Position numbers and translations under genes: made by a program
The notes under the pieces: model-generated
The model's database searches: none
What the model was told of the DNA's origin: nothing
Seen by the model: the letters and a program-made list of their open reading frames with translations, nothing else
Part shown: positions 8,456 to 18,864 of the stretch, one piece after another
Position numbering within the stretch: the stretch's first letter is position 1
Layout: every line of letters begins with the position of its first letter
Source: an uncultured Clostridia bacterium
GTDB taxonomy: Bacteria > Bacillota > Clostridia > Christensenellales > UBA1242
NCBI GenBank assembly: GCA_937925475.1
Contig: CALEWH010000021.1
Location: 1,448 to 65,447, forward strand
Direction: 5' to 3'
Length of the DNA: 64,000 nucleotides

Positions 8456-8956
8456 TTGATAATACTAGGAATCGACCCAGGTTATGCCATAGTAGGTTAT
8501 GGGGTTATTGAAAAGACAAACTCAGGGACACGAGCCATTGATTATGGTGTTATCACAACCCATAAAGACGAGCGTATGTGTGATAGGCTCGCAAAGATTG
8601 CCGATGCCTTAGAAATCATCATTGACAAATACAAACCTGACTGTTTTGCACTCGAAGAATTGTTTTTCCAGAACAACCAAAAGACAGCCATAAATGTAGC
8701 AATGGCGCGTGGGGTTACACTGCTAATCGCTGATAAAAAACTTGGCAGTGACAGACTATTTGAATATACACCACTACAAATAAAGCAAGCACTTACAGGC
8801 AACGGCAGAGCCGAAAAACAACAAGTGCAATATATGGTCAAGGCGATTTTAAATTTGAAGTCAATCCCAAAACCCGATGATGCTGCCGACGCACTTGCAG
8901 TTGCGTTGTGCCATGGTCAAACAAACCTTGTTTTGTCGGGCACAAGGATAAAATAG
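8456..8956 (+). CDS. ruvC: crossover junction endodeoxyribonuclease RuvC
   Basis: ILGIDPGYAIVGYG N-terminal motif and C-terminal DAADALAVALCH. Likely TTG start at 8456, 8 nt after AAAGGACGG. The track start at 8426 is also TTG. Confidence 0.85.
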   Translation: MIILGIDPGYAIVGYGVIEKTNSGTRAIDYGVITTHKDERMCDRLAKIADALEIIIDKYKPDCFALEELFFQNNQKTAINVAMARGVTLLIADKKLGSDRLFEYTPLQIKQALTGNGRAEKQQVQYMVKAILNLKSIPKPDDAADALAVALCHGQTNLVLSGTRIK

Positions 8957-8964
8957 GAGAAGAA

Positions 8965-9549
8965 ATGTATTCGTTTATTACAGGTATAATTGAAGAAAAA
9001 AATGAAAACTATGTTGTACTAAACAACAATGGAATGGGCTACGAAATCTGGGCTAGCGCGCACACCACAAACAGCCTTCCACCTGTTGGTGAAGTGGGCA
9101 CACTTTACACATATCTTTATGTGCGTGAAGATGCCTTTATGTTGTTTGGTTTTTCGACAAAACAAGAAAAGGAGATTTTTCTCCAACTAATAACTGTTAG
9201 TGGGATAGGCGCTAAGAGTGCTATCGGCATACTTTCTGGTGCTGGTCCAAATGACATAGTAAAAGCGATTGTTACTGGCGATGTCAAACTTATATCGTCC
9301 TTTAAGGGCATAGGCAAAAAGACTGCCGAGCGTATTATACTCGAACTTAAAGGCAAGTTTGGTGAACTTCCTATGGAAACAATGCTTAACGACAATTTTG
9401 TTGAGTCGACTGCGACCGAGGAAGCCACAATGTTGCTTACTAATATGGGACTTACACGAATGGAAGCGACAACACTTGTAAAACAAGTAGCCGATGCTGA
9501 CGACACAACCGAAGACATCGTAAAGAAAGCGCTAAGGAATATGCACTAA
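8965..9549 (+). CDS. ruvA: Holliday junction DNA helicase subunit RuvA
   Basis: MYSFITGII start behind SD AGGAGAAG. HhH motifs (VSGIGAKSA, KGIGKKTAERI). Confidence 0.92.
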   Translation: MYSFITGIIEEKNENYVVLNNNGMGYEIWASAHTTNSLPPVGEVGTLYTYLYVREDAFMLFGFSTKQEKEIFLQLITVSGIGAKSAIGILSGAGPNDIVKAIVTGDVKLISSFKGIGKKTAERIILELKGKFGELPMETMLNDNFVESTATEEATMLLTNMGLTRMEATTLVKQVADADDTTEDIVKKALRNMH

Positions 9550-9561
9550 TAAGGAGAAGTT

Positions 9562-10611
9562 ATGTACGAAGACGAAAGAATAATCACCAGTATGAAGAGT
9601 GAAGAAGAGCAAGATGTCGAAAACTCGCTTCGCCCTACAAGTATGAGTGACTATGTGGGACAAGATAAGGTCAAAAGCAATCTAGAAATATACATTTCAG
9701 CGGCTAAAAAGCGTGGCGAGGCACTTGACCATGTTTTGTTGTATGGCCCAGCAGGTCTTGGCAAAACCACTCTTTCTCACATTATCGCCAACGAACTTGG
9801 CTCATCACTTAAAATCACAAGCGGTCCAGCAATCGAAAAGGTTGCGGATTTGGCAAGCATACTTACAAACCTAAACAAGCACGATGTTCTTTTCATAGAC
9901 GAAATACACCGTATTCCGCGTTCGGTCGAAGAAGTGTTGTATCCTGCGATGGAAGACTATGCACTTGACTTTATCCTAGGTAAAGGACCATCGGCACGCA
10001 CAATGCGTCTAAAACTCCAACCATTTACACTTATCGGTGCGACTACAAAAGCAGGTATGCTTACAGGCCCACTAAGAGATCGTTTTGGGGTCGTATGCAG
10101 ACTTGAAATGTATTCGGTCGAAGATTTGAAAAAGATAATTACACGTTCGGCAAACATACTTAATGTAAGACTTGATGATGATGCCGCCGAAGAACTTGCT
10201 AAGCGTAGTCGTGGTACTCCGCGTATTGCTAATAGACTATTAAAGCGTGTTCGTGACTTCGCCGAAGTAAAGGGGAGTGGTGCAATTACAAAAGACCTTG
10301 CCGATATGGCGTTAAACTCGCTAGAAATAGACGAGTTGGGTCTTGACTACACAGATAGAAAGATGCTACTTACTCTTATAGACAAATTCCATGGTGGACC
10401 TTGTGGACTAGACACACTAGCCGCAGCAACAGGTGAAGAAAGCAACACTATCGAAGATGTGTACGAGCCATATCTAATCCAACTAGGTTTTATAGCGCGT
10501 ACTCCACGCGGTCGTGTAGTTTTGCCAAATGCCTACAAACATCTTGGCAAAAAGATTAGCGCAGAAAAACAACAATATTTACAAATGTTTATAGAAAAAG
10601 AAGAGGAATAA
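9562..10611 (+). CDS. ruvB: Holliday junction DNA helicase RuvB
   Basis: Walker [10 protein letters not shown], Walker [20 protein letters not shown]. Confidence 0.96.
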   Translation: MYEDERIITSMKSEEEQDVENSLRPTSMSDYVGQDKVKSNLEIYISAAKKRGEALDHVLLYGPAGLGKTTLSHIIANELGSSLKITSGPAIEKVADLASILTNLNKHDVLFIDEIHRIPRSVEEVLYPAMEDYALDFILGKGPSARTMRLKLQPFTLIGATTKAGMLTGPLRDRFGVVCRLEMYSVEDLKKIITRSANILNVRLDDDAAEELAKRSRGTPRIANRLLKRVRDFAEVKGSGAITKDLADMALNSLEIDELGLDYTDRKMLLTLIDKFHGGPCGLDTLAAATGEESNTIEDVYEPYLIQLGFIARTPRGRVVLPNAYKHLGKKISAEKQQYLQMFIEKEEE

Positions 10612-11648
10612 TGGCACAAGACATTTACAATACACACACATATTATTATGATTTGCCACCCGAACTTATTGCCCAAACACCAGTTGAGCCACGCGACCAT
10701 TCGCGTTTGCTTGTGTACGATAGAAAAACAAACAATATCGACCACAAACATTTTTACGATATTGTCGACTACTTGAAAGAAGGCGATGTATTGGTGGTCA
10801 ACAACACTCGTGTAATCCCAGCAAGGTTGTATGGCACAAAAGCCGATACAGGCGCAAAGATCGAAGTGCTACTACTAAAACGCCTTGATCTTGCCCGCTG
10901 GGAAGTACTTATGAAGCCGGGCAAACGCGCAAAAGTAGGCACAAAGATTGTGTTTAGTGACAAACTAAGTTTGACAGTAACCAAAGAACTTGACTTTGGT
11001 GGAAAAGAAGTAAAGTTTGAGTGTGATGGCGTTTTTGAAAAACTAATTGATGAAGTAGGGGTTATGCCACTTCCACCATACATCAAACACCAATATAAAG
11101 ACAAAACCCGCTACAACACCGTTTATGCAAAAATAGATGGCAGTAGTGCAGCGCCAACAGCAGGACTACATTTTACGCAAGACTTAATTGAAAAACTAAA
11201 AGCAAAAGGCGTAATATTTACGCATGTGCTATTGCATGTAGGTCTTGGCACTTTTAGACCAGTAAGCGAAGACAATATACTTTCGCACGATATGCACACC
11301 GAATATATTGAGATAGATAAAGAAGCGTGTGACATCATCAATAAAGCACATAGCGAAGGTCGTAGAGTGATTGCTGTTGGCACAACAAGTGTGCGAACAC
11401 TTGAAAGCGTAGCGGACAAAAATGGCCACTTAGTGCCTACTAAAACCAACACAAATATTTTTATTTATCCCGGCTACAAATTTAAAGTCGTAGACGGACT
11501 TATTACAAACTTTCACTTGCCAGAAAGCACTCTCATTATGCTAGTAAGTGCTTTTTGCGGTGTTGACAATACACTCAATATGTACAATATTGCGGTTAAA
11601 GAAAAATATAGATTTTTTTCGTTTGGTGATGCGACACTACTACTATAA
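10611..11648 (+). CDS. queA: S-adenosylmethionine:tRNA ribosyltransferase-isomerase
   Basis: [33 protein letters not shown]. Start overlaps the ruvB stop (TAATG). Confidence 0.95.
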   Translation: MAQDIYNTHTYYYDLPPELIAQTPVEPRDHSRLLVYDRKTNNIDHKHFYDIVDYLKEGDVLVVNNTRVIPARLYGTKADTGAKIEVLLLKRLDLARWEVLMKPGKRAKVGTKIVFSDKLSLTVTKELDFGGKEVKFECDGVFEKLIDEVGVMPLPPYIKHQYKDKTRYNTVYAKIDGSSAAPTAGLHFTQDLIEKLKAKGVIFTHVLLHVGLGTFRPVSEDNILSHDMHTEYIEIDKEACDIINKAHSEGRRVIAVGTTSVRTLESVADKNGHLVPTKTNTNIFIYPGYKFKVVDGLITNFHLPESTLIMLVSAFCGVDNTLNMYNIAVKEKYRFFSFGDATLLL

Positions 11649-11856
11649 AATGGCTACATTTCACTATATTTTGGCGATTATTGCAATGGATATATTATAA
11701 TTAACAATACAATATTAATTGCACATTAAAAATAAGATTTGTAAATTATGGTCTTACAATTAGTGCTAATATGTGTCAAAATGATTTATGGATATATATA
11801 GCAGTATCTACATTTGCACTGATAAAAATAAGTAGCCAAAATTAGAAGAGATTTAG

Positions 11857-12987
<1,131 letters not shown>

Positions 12988-13067
12988 CAAATATTGTAAG
13001 CAAAATGTTTTACTTGAATAAATAAAATTGTTATAATCATTACATACAAAATTTAGGAGAATTTATT

Positions 13068-13550
13068 ATGGCATTATTAGCAGAAAGTTTTTTTAGCAGT
13101 CAATGGTTTTTGATTATCGTTTTACTAGTAGTTATTGGGCTTTTGATGTTGCTAAACTATTCTCGTAGCAAAAAAGAGAAAGAGTATAGAGATGACCTAA
13201 ACTCAAAAATAGTAAAAGGCGCAAAAGTAAAAACAAGTACTGGTATTTATGGTACAGTTATTTCAGTAAGATCTACTACTGATGGCAAAATCGTTCTTTT
13301 GCAAACTGGCGAAGGAAACAACACTTCGTATGTAGAAATCCACATCAACGCTATCTATGGTGTAGACGACAAAGAAGATTTGGTTCTTGACAAAGACGGA
13401 AACGAAGTTACTAAGGCAGAACTTGAAGAGCAAAACAAAGCCCAAGAAGAAGTAAAAGAAGAAGTCGAAGTAAAAGAAGAGCCAAAACAAGAAGAAGTTG
13501 AAGCCGAAGCAAAACCTAAAAAATCTACAAAAAAAGCGAAATCTGAATAA
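13068..13550 (+). CDS. yajC: preprotein translocase subunit YajC with a long E/K-rich tail
   Basis: N-terminal TM segment plus YajC core (KGAKVKTSTGIYGTVISV). About 60 extra acidic and lysine-rich residues at the C-terminus. Confidence 0.85.
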   Translation: MALLAESFFSSQWFLIIVLLVVIGLLMLLNYSRSKKEKEYRDDLNSKIVKGAKVKTSTGIYGTVISVRSTTDGKIVLLQTGEGNNTSYVEIHINAIYGVDDKEDLVLDKDGNEVTKAELEEQNKAQEEVKEEVEVKEEPKQEEVEAEAKPKKSTKKAKSE

Positions 13551-13554
13551 TAAA

Positions 13555-13579
13555 AATAAGACCTTCGGGTCTTTTTTTA
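13555..13579 (+). terminator. terminator after yajC
   Basis: aagacc-ttcg-ggtctt followed by T7. Confidence 0.8.
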
Positions 13580-13637
13580 TTGTTTGCACTCATAAACAAA
13601 AAGCACAACACATATCATATACAAAATGAGGTGTGAT

Positions 13638-14021
13638 ATGGTTAAAAATTCAAACAAGTCTACTGGACTACAAGTATTGAAGGGGAGTATAACAGCGGTT
13701 TCAATTACGCTTGTACTGATACTGCTATTTGCGTTGTTGCTTAGATTTACAAACATTTCGGACAAGGTCATAATGCCGGTCAATCAAGTCATTAAAGTCG
13801 TTAGTATATTTTTTGGCGTGTATTCGGCACTCAAATATCACAAAGAAAAGGGTTGGGTCAAAGGTATGCTTATAGGCCTTACATACTCAGTACTTGCTTT
13901 TGTGGTTTTTGCCATTTTGTCTAGCAGTATAAACTTTGGTTGGTCGACTTTACTTGATGTGATTTTCGGTGCAATTGTTGGCGGAATTGTCGGAGTTATT
14001 GTTGTAAATATGAAAAGATAA
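13638..14021 (+). CDS. small 4-TM membrane protein (resembles the TIGR04086-type family often found beside secDF)
   Basis: 127 aa with four hydrophobic spans and a KGW motif. Start set at ATG 13638 behind GAGGTG. Confidence 0.55.
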   Translation: MVKNSNKSTGLQVLKGSITAVSITLVLILLFALLLRFTNISDKVIMPVNQVIKVVSIFFGVYSALKYHKEKGWVKGMLIGLTYSVLAFVVFAILSSSINFGWSTLLDVIFGAIVGGIVGVIVVNMKR

Positions 14022-14042
14022 CAATTTTAATAGCAAATACTA

Positions 14043-14074
14043 AGCGAACACGGTTTTGTTGTTCGCTTTTTTTG
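14043..14074 (+). terminator. terminator
   Basis: agcgaaca...tgttcgct followed by T7. Confidence 0.75.
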
Positions 14075-14104
14075 TACATAATATATTATATTATAAATAA
14101 TTAA

Positions 14105-14133
14105 TTGACTGAAATTGCGTTTTATACTATAAT
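14105..14133 (+). promoter_or_regulatory. sigma-A promoter of secDF
   Basis: TTGACT (14105-14110), 17-nt spacer, TATAAT (14128-14133). Confidence 0.65.
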
Positions 14134-14158
14134 CTCATTAGTCTTAAAGGAGTGCATA

Positions 14159-15433
14159 ATGAAGAAAAAAATTGCAACTAGAAACTTTATTTTTATATCT
14201 GTATTACTTGTGATTGCACTTGTATTTACAATTTTCAAAATGCCAGTGGCATTTTCTGACTATATTTTCAAAGGATTTGCTCGTAGTTACAACTTGGGTC
14301 TTGACTTTGGCGAAGGCGTTTCTGCCACCTTTGATGTGTCAAAAACAGACTACTATAAGGGTAGCGAAGATAGTATGCTTGCTGACACACAAAAGTTTGT
14401 ACAAAAACTTGTTTTGGACGAGTACAAAGAAGGCAAGGTAGAGATAGTAGGCGACCAAATCCGCATAACTGTTCCGGGCGAAACACTTTCCAACAAAGTT
14501 ATAATTGGCGCGTTGGAGATGAAAGCGTCGTCTGGAGAAGAATCCGAAACAATCGTTAATGGCTCACACATCAAATCGGTCAAGTATATGATGAATGGTA
14601 CAAGCCATGGCGTATACATTCAATTTAATAAAGCTGGCAAAGAAGCATTTGAAAAACTTACAACATCGGCATCGGAAGGTGGAAAATCGATTTATATCTA
14701 TCTAAATCAAAACTACGATGGCGGTCGTCAAATAAGTGGAATTGACAGCGCTATGACTGATGGTGTTTGCTACATTACTCTAAACTCCAAATCTGATGCA
14801 AAAACCTATGCTAAACAACTTCAAAATAGTACATTTGGTGTAAACCTTTCTATCGATGGCGATGCTACTATGGTTAAGTCGGGTCTATCGGTTTATCAAA
14901 AAGTAATCGTTTCTATCGGAAGCGTAATGTTGATTGCGGGCATAATATTGTTCTTCTGCCTAAAATACAAAGGTCTTGGACTTGTTATGAGCCTTGCATT
15001 TATGATAGGTTGTACATTAGAAGTTATTATTCTAAGTTTGTTTGATGGTTTCTTGCTTAATATGGCAAGCTTGTTTGGAATGTGGATTTCGGCTATTGTT
15101 ATGGCATTGTTTGTCTACAATGTTGTAGCATCATCACAAAAAGAGTTTTACAATGGCAAAAAACTTCCTGTTTCATTTAAAGCAGGATATAAAAAGAGTA
15201 TTTTGCTTAATGTAGATATTATGGTTTTCGGTATTGTTGCATCGGCTCTTTTGATGCTTATTGGCAAGGGCGCATGCTTTACATTTGGTATGGCACTAAT
15301 TATCGGAATGGCAATTGCTGGACTTATTGGACTTCTGCTAATCCGTGGCTTTATGCTTATGTATCTTCAAATAAATCCTAGCAAAGGAAACCTTATAAAC
15401 TTCGTAAAAGGGGAGAATGTCGATGAAATCTAA
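14159..15433 (+). CDS. secD: protein translocase subunit SecD
   Basis: MKKKIATRNF start behind AAAGGAG. N-terminal TM, periplasmic domain, and six C-terminal TM segments of the SecD/SecF family. Confidence 0.88.
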   Translation: MKKKIATRNFIFISVLLVIALVFTIFKMPVAFSDYIFKGFARSYNLGLDFGEGVSATFDVSKTDYYKGSEDSMLADTQKFVQKLVLDEYKEGKVEIVGDQIRITVPGETLSNKVIIGALEMKASSGEESETIVNGSHIKSVKYMMNGTSHGVYIQFNKAGKEAFEKLTTSASEGGKSIYIYLNQNYDGGRQISGIDSAMTDGVCYITLNSKSDAKTYAKQLQNSTFGVNLSIDGDATMVKSGLSVYQKVIVSIGSVMLIAGIILFFCLKYKGLGLVMSLAFMIGCTLEVIILSLFDGFLLNMASLFGMWISAIVMALFVYNVVASSQKEFYNGKKLPVSFKAGYKKSILLNVDIMVFGIVASALLMLIGKGACFTFGMALIIGMAIAGLIGLLLIRGFMLMYLQINPSKGNLINFVKGENVDEI

Positions 15434-16460
15434 CAACTGCTCTCAAAAAATTTTTAAAGGCGCTAAGTACTTTTTGCTTGTGCCTGTTGTAATTGTTTTT
15501 GTATCGCTAATTATGTTTATCATATTTTCGTTCAATAAAGGTTATGACTTTAAAAACAACTACACATTTACTTTAAACTACAAATCTGATATTTCGTCTA
15601 GCAAGTACAATGATTGCGACAATATCATTAAAAACAACATCTATGATAAGTTTGGCAATAAAGTAACTGTTGTCACTCAAAAACTAAACGAAGATATTGA
15701 AACAGCAACTTTGGTTAAGGTCTACACAAACGACAAATCAGATAAAATGACTGACGACCTTAATGCTGTGGTCGAACAAATCAAATCACAAGTTAATGTG
15801 AAAATTGGTGACGGACACTCAATCGTAAGCGATGTTATGTTTGCAAAAGGTCAAAATTATAGTGCCGAAGTCCTTTGGACTGGCATTTCACTTTTGGTGA
15901 TTATGGCTGTTATATTTGCATATTTGTGGATTAGATACGAATTAAAGACCGCTATTACATCTCTTGTTATTGCACCATTTATCACTATTATGTACACAGC
16001 ACTTTATGTTTTACTACGCTTGCCAGTTTCTTCGCTATACTGCACTCCACTTATAATTAGTACAATAATTAGTTATGTTATTTTCATTGTTTATGCAAAT
16101 ATCACTCGTGGTTACCTTAAAAATGACAAGTACAACAAATGCACCAACGCTGAGATTTTGACACTTGCTATGGACAAAATCAAAACTATTGTGCTTAGCA
16201 TTATTTGCTTGACTACATTTGCTTATATTGTTACTATGTTTTTCTTCACTTGGAGATTTGTTGTTTTTGCAATCTCGGGACTTATCGGACTTATTCTTGC
16301 TGTTTATGCATCTATCGTGCTTAGCAGTTTGCTTTGGTCAAAAATGTATCGTCGTGATAAGGATATGCGACTAAGAGAAGAAAAAGAAAACGAAGAAAAG
16401 AAATTGAAAGAAGGAAACAAGAAAAAGACCAAAGAAGAAGAGGAAAAAATACTTGTATAA
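15417..16460 (+). CDS. secF: protein translocase subunit SecF
   Basis: Overlaps the secD end. SecF topology with a K/E-rich tail. ATG 15423 is an equally plausible start (GGAG at 15412-15415). Confidence 0.85.
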   Translation: MSMKSNNCSQKIFKGAKYFLLVPVVIVFVSLIMFIIFSFNKGYDFKNNYTFTLNYKSDISSSKYNDCDNIIKNNIYDKFGNKVTVVTQKLNEDIETATLVKVYTNDKSDKMTDDLNAVVEQIKSQVNVKIGDGHSIVSDVMFAKGQNYSAEVLWTGISLLVIMAVIFAYLWIRYELKTAITSLVIAPFITIMYTALYVLLRLPVSSLYCTPLIISTIISYVIFIVYANITRGYLKNDKYNKCTNAEILTLAMDKIKTIVLSIICLTTFAYIVTMFFFTWRFVVFAISGLIGLILAVYASIVLSSLLWSKMYRRDKDMRLREEKENEEKKLKEGNKKKTKEEEEKILV

Positions 16461-16461
16461 A

Positions 16462-16487
16462 AAAAGCCTTCTATAAGGCTTTTTTTA
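16462..16487 (+). terminator. terminator after secF
   Basis: aaagcctt-ctat-aaggcttt followed by a T-run. Confidence 0.8.
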
Positions 16488-16505
16488 GTATTACTTAGGA
16501 GAAAT

Positions 16506-18857
16506 ATGAAACTACAAAAAAGAGACACAACTCAATATGACGAGAATATAATCAAAAATATTTCTCAAAAATATGATTTGCCAACAGATATTGTCAAGTT
16601 GCTTTTTTCGCGCGGAATTGATGACGAAAACAAGTTTAACAAGTTTTTCAATCCAAGCGTCGACGACTTTTCTGACCCTTTTCTTCTAAAAGATATGCAC
16701 GCTGTCGTAGACAAAGTCAGATGCGCTATGAAAAACAATAAAAAGATTGTTGTGTTGGGCGATTATGACACTGATGGAATAAGTGCAAGTGCCATTATGT
16801 ACAAGTTTTTTGAAAGTCAAAACTATAAGGTCGATGTGTTTTTGCCAAATCGCTACATTGATGGATATGGTGTAACAAACGACACTATCGACAAGATAAT
16901 TGACACATATAATCCTGACCTTATTATCACTGTCGATTGCGGAATTTCGTCTGCAAGCGAAGTAGAGTATTGCAAAAGCAAGGGCGTTGATATTATAATC
17001 ACCGACCACCACGAAACCCCTGAGATTTTGCCGGATACTCTTATCATAAACCCAAAAGTTAGTGGTCAAAAATATCCTTTTTCCGAACTTTGTGGAGCAG
17101 GTGTTGCTTTCAAATTTGTGCAAGCGATGTTGGGAATTGATGAAGCACTAAAATATCTTACTATTGCATCATTAGCGACTGTTGCGGATATTGTTCCGTT
17201 AATTGATGAAAATAGGTCGATAGTTTCTATTGGTCTTGGTAGCCAAAACAACGATATGCCAAAGGGCATAAAAATGTTGTGCGAGAAGGCGGGGATTACA
17301 CTTCCTTTGTCGTCGCAAGATGTTGCGTACAAACTAGCTCCAAAGATAAACGCAAGCGGTCGAATGGGTGACGCAACACTTTCATATATGTTGTATGTCG
17401 AAAATGACACACAAAAATTAAACAAATGTATTGACGAACTAATCTCGGTCAATGACCGTCGTATCCGACTTACAAACGAAATATATTCGCAAGCATTGGA
17501 AAAATTAAGCAATGTCAATGTCACCAATCTTGGTGCTATTGTGTTGTATGACAAAGACTGGGAAGGTGGAGTGCTTGGCATCATATGCTCAAAACTTGTT
17601 GACCTATATGCAAAACCTGTTTGCCTGCTATCTAAGGTCGACAACGAATACAAGGGCAGTTGTCGTTCGATAAACGGTGTCAATATTCACGAAGCATTGA
17701 GCTCAATGGACGACATTTTGATACGATTTGGCGGGCACAACCAAGCGGGTGGATTATCAATCAAGGAAGAAAATCTCGACATATTTGCTCGCAGATTCAA
17801 CGATTATGTTTTGAGTAGAAGTGGCATTGTCGACGAAGTCAAATATTATGATATAGACCTAGACTTTGTCCCTGATATAAACTACATTACAAAACTAAAT
17901 TTGCTCCAACCATTTGGCTGTGCAAATGAAAAGCCAGTATTTAGGATCAAACTCAACAATGTTATTGCGTCACGACTTGCAAATTATTATAAATATTATA
18001 AGTTTAAAGTTGATGGCATTGAGTATATGTGCTTTGCACTGCCTAATATGTTTTACAATATAAATTCAAACTGCGATAAAGAAGCACTCGTTGATATAAA
18101 TATTGAGAGTTATAAAAAGGTCACAAGAGTAAAAGGCACGCTTAAAAACTTATTTTATGGCAAGATTTCAAGTATGAAAAATAAAGAAATTGTGTCTGCA
18201 AATTATTTGTTGCAGTTGTCAGTAAAAGGGGACAATGCTCCAAATATACTCACAACTCTAAATCTTCAATCACTTGCATCGACCCTAATCGATAGGTCTG
18301 ATTATAATACAATTTTTGTCGCAAACACTTTTGAAACATATAAAAAATATGCTGATACACTAAAAGTAAATAATTTCGAACTCTACAATCTAAATTGTAA
18401 CAATGGCGAAAACACTTTAATTCTTGCGCCAAATCCAAATATTGACTTTAAAAACTATGAGAATGTTGTATTTTTGGATATGCCAGTGTGTGATAGTTAT
18501 ATAAAGTCACTAAAATGCAAAAATGTTTATGTGCCTAGTCGTGACTACAACTTTAATGCGTTTTCAATGCTTGATTGCAAAAGAAACACATTTGGCGAGT
18601 GTCACAATGCTATTAAAAACACCCTTAAAAAGCGTGCCGAATATGACGAACTATATGAGTTGTATTTAGTCACTAAAAAGGATAATCCACAAATAAGCAA
18701 AATTAGTTATGTACAATTTGCATTTGTGTATATGGTCTTAACAGAGCTTGGTATATTGACTATCAATGATAATGTGTATCACTACAACAACATTGCAAAG
18801 ACATCTCTTGACAACTCGAAAATATATAATATGATAAGCGTAATTGCAAATAAATAG
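16506..18857 (+). CDS. recJ: single-stranded-DNA-specific exonuclease RecJ
   Basis: DHH family motifs (VLGDYDTDGISA, ITVDCG, ITDHHE, GGHNQAGG). Confidence 0.92.
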   Translation: MKLQKRDTTQYDENIIKNISQKYDLPTDIVKLLFSRGIDDENKFNKFFNPSVDDFSDPFLLKDMHAVVDKVRCAMKNNKKIVVLGDYDTDGISASAIMYKFFESQNYKVDVFLPNRYIDGYGVTNDTIDKIIDTYNPDLIITVDCGISSASEVEYCKSKGVDIIITDHHETPEILPDTLIINPKVSGQKYPFSELCGAGVAFKFVQAMLGIDEALKYLTIASLATVADIVPLIDENRSIVSIGLGSQNNDMPKGIKMLCEKAGITLPLSSQDVAYKLAPKINASGRMGDATLSYMLYVENDTQKLNKCIDELISVNDRRIRLTNEIYSQALEKLSNVNVTNLGAIVLYDKDWEGGVLGIICSKLVDLYAKPVCLLSKVDNEYKGSCRSINGVNIHEALSSMDDILIRFGGHNQAGGLSIKEENLDIFARRFNDYVLSRSGIVDEVKYYDIDLDFVPDINYITKLNLLQPFGCANEKPVFRIKLNNVIASRLANYYKYYKFKVDGIEYMCFALPNMFYNINSNCDKEALVDINIESYKKVTRVKGTLKNLFYGKISSMKNKEIVSANYLLQLSVKGDNAPNILTTLNLQSLASTLIDRSDYNTIFVANTFETYKKYADTLKVNNFELYNLNCNNGENTLILAPNPNIDFKNYENVVFLDMPVCDSYIKSLKCKNVYVPSRDYNFNAFSMLDCKRNTFGECHNAIKNTLKKRAEYDELYELYLVTKKDNPQISKISYVQFAFVYMVLTELGILTINDNVYHYNNIAKTSLDNSKIYNMISVIANK

Positions 18858-18864
18858 GTGAAAA

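Noticed and set aside
17066-17683. 205-aa minus-strand ORF inside recJ. Similar long antisense ORFs lie at 7210-7662, 16686-17123, 24444-24896, 27445-28047, 32176-32589, 39503-39961, 46813-47250 and 55142-55738.
   Set aside because: Each lies wholly inside a confidently identified gene on the other strand. None has an SD, and all have Ser/Leu/Phe/Ile-rich shadow-frame composition. They are artefacts of the codon bias of the real genes.
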